DNA of 32,000 bases from Candidatus Saccharimonadota bacterium (GTDB lineage: Bacteria > Patescibacteriota > Saccharimonadia > Saccharimonadales > UBA4665). This document shows positions 31,197 to 32,000 of this stretch, one piece after another. The position numbers and the translations under genes are program-made. The notes beneath the pieces are model-generated. The model was not told the origin of the DNA, searched no databases, and was given only the letters and a program-made list of their open reading frames with translations. Positions within the stretch are counted from its first letter, which is position 1; every line of letters begins with the position of its first letter. The DNA lies in the NCBI GenBank assembly GCA_016700375.1, contig CP065016.1, positions 720,001 through 752,000 on the forward strand. Reading direction: 5' to 3'.

Positions 31197-32000
31197 CAGA
31201 GTGAGCTAGTTGCTTTGGCTTGTGCAAACGCAACAAGCCCGCCGATAGCGATGAGTAACACCGCCCACACGAACGACCACGCGCGGCGGTAGCTTTTTAT
31301 AGGTTTTTGCCCCTGTATTTCCATACGTTGCAGCACGAGTGCCGAGGCAATACTGCGGTAAAACCAGCCACTGGCCGCTGCTTGCTGCCCAAGCAGTTTC
31401 TTCACCTTTTTCAGGGCAAAAAACAAGTTGCCAAAGAAGCTAAAAACCGAGTGATAATCCATAAAAATCAAACCAGTTTTGTCCTGAAACATCAGGTCTT
31501 CGCCAAAAACATAGCCAGGCACACCACGCCCAACAGGCGCACCTGTGAGGGCTACTGCTTTACCGCGCAGTGGCGAGGCGTATGGGTTACGCATTTCGTC
31601 TAGTACAGTCGTTTGTACTGGCTGCGCCGATGGGTAGCGGTATAGTGTTTTTGCAATCAGCCCAGCACCAAATACGGCGAGCCCGACACCAAAATTCCGT
31701 GTCGAGAAACCCGCGCCTATCCCGGCCGCGTACGGCAGTAGCATAATACCAAGATCGCTCCACAGCACCGACCACAGCCGACTCTTGTCGAGCATGACGC
31801 GACTCGCTGCAGCCTCGACATCGTAGCTAAAGATTCTCCCAGACTTGCTTGGCATTTTACTCAAATGCTGCACACGACGCCCCGTGAGGGGATGAGTCGA
31901 GTTTAGCTCTATCAGTTTCGCCCACGGGCTGTACGCATCGAATAGCATTGCTTCGGTCACCGCATGCCTGTCGTTGTTTGTAATATACGAAACACCTCCC
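31196..32000 (-). CDS. M48-family (HtpX/Ste24-like) peptidase, C-terminal part with membrane segments; 5' end off-window
   Basis: The frame stays open upstream of the track's GTG 31960 to nt 32000 (..GGVSYITNNDRHAVTEAM..). ..LNSTHPLTGRRVQHL matches the M48 C-terminal STHPp..eRi..L signature. The HExxH motif would be off-window. Confidence 0.55.
   Translation of the reverse strand, partial: GGVSYITNNDRHAVTEAMLFDAYSPWAKLIELNSTHPLTGRRVQHLSKMPSKSGRIFSYDVEAAASRVMLDKSRLWSVLWSDLGIMLLPYAAGIGAGFSTRNFGVGLAVFGAGLIAKTLYRYPSAQPVQTTVLDEMRNPYASPLRGKAVALTGAPVGRGVPGYVFGEDLMFQDKTGLIFMDYHSVFSFFGNLFFALKKVKKLLGQQAAASGWFYRSIASALVLQRMEIQGQKPIKSYRRAWSFVWAVLLIAIGGLVAFAQAKATSSL

Noticed and set aside
1-32000. Alternative genetic code (UGA recoding, as in some candidate phyla)
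   Set aside because: TGA clearly functions as a stop: there are ATGA/GTGA stop-start overlaps at 5951, 7565, 17064 and 17333, and full-length conserved proteins end at TGA. The standard bacterial code fits all genes.

Overview
This is a 32-kb, tightly packed bacterial chromosomal window with about 37 protein genes. Many gene pairs overlap by 1-8 nt, and convergent genes abut or overlap. By eye I found no rRNA, tRNA, CRISPR array, transposase or integrase.

Housekeeping backbone:
- pnp (partial; I translated it myself because it is missing from the ORF track), rpsO, truB and a degenerate DHH-like protein in one co-directional block.
- rpsT, holA, a fused trehalose-6-P synthase/phosphatase, mutM and polA.
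- A P2-type P-type ATPase and a PadR + PspC-domain envelope-stress pair.
- A minimal cell-wall cluster: a transpeptidase-only PBP, a Wzy/O-antigen-ligase-like protein and a PG-binding protein.
- Several HAD hydrolases, a P-loop kinase and a partial M48 peptidase.

Accessory content:
- Four type II toxin-antitoxin pairs: Phd-VapC, two DinJ/RelB-like + RelE/YafQ-like pairs, and AbrB-type VapB-VapC.
- One Fic protein.

Most notable observations:
1. A 66-nt palindromic element with perfect 22-bp arms sits in frame inside polA. It adds exactly the 22 residues by which this PolA exceeds my recollection of Taq Pol I just upstream of motif C. This resembles the Rickettsia palindromic elements.
2. A family of four-unit heptanucleotide arrays (NGAANTT x4) occurs at three loci: two inside polA and one in the rpsO-pnp leader.
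3. A translationally coupled four-gene cassette encodes an RHH antitoxin, a RelE/YafQ-like toxin, a 308-aa PD-(D/E)xK-like protein and a small membrane protein.
4. About ten genes, including all four TA operons and polA, have a -10 box 6-9 nt upstream of the ATG, which implies leaderless mRNAs.
5. A G8 homopolymer lies in fic just upstream of its catalytic motif.

The gene style fits a small-genome, possibly Patescibacteria/CPR-like organism. That is inference only; no database search was possible.
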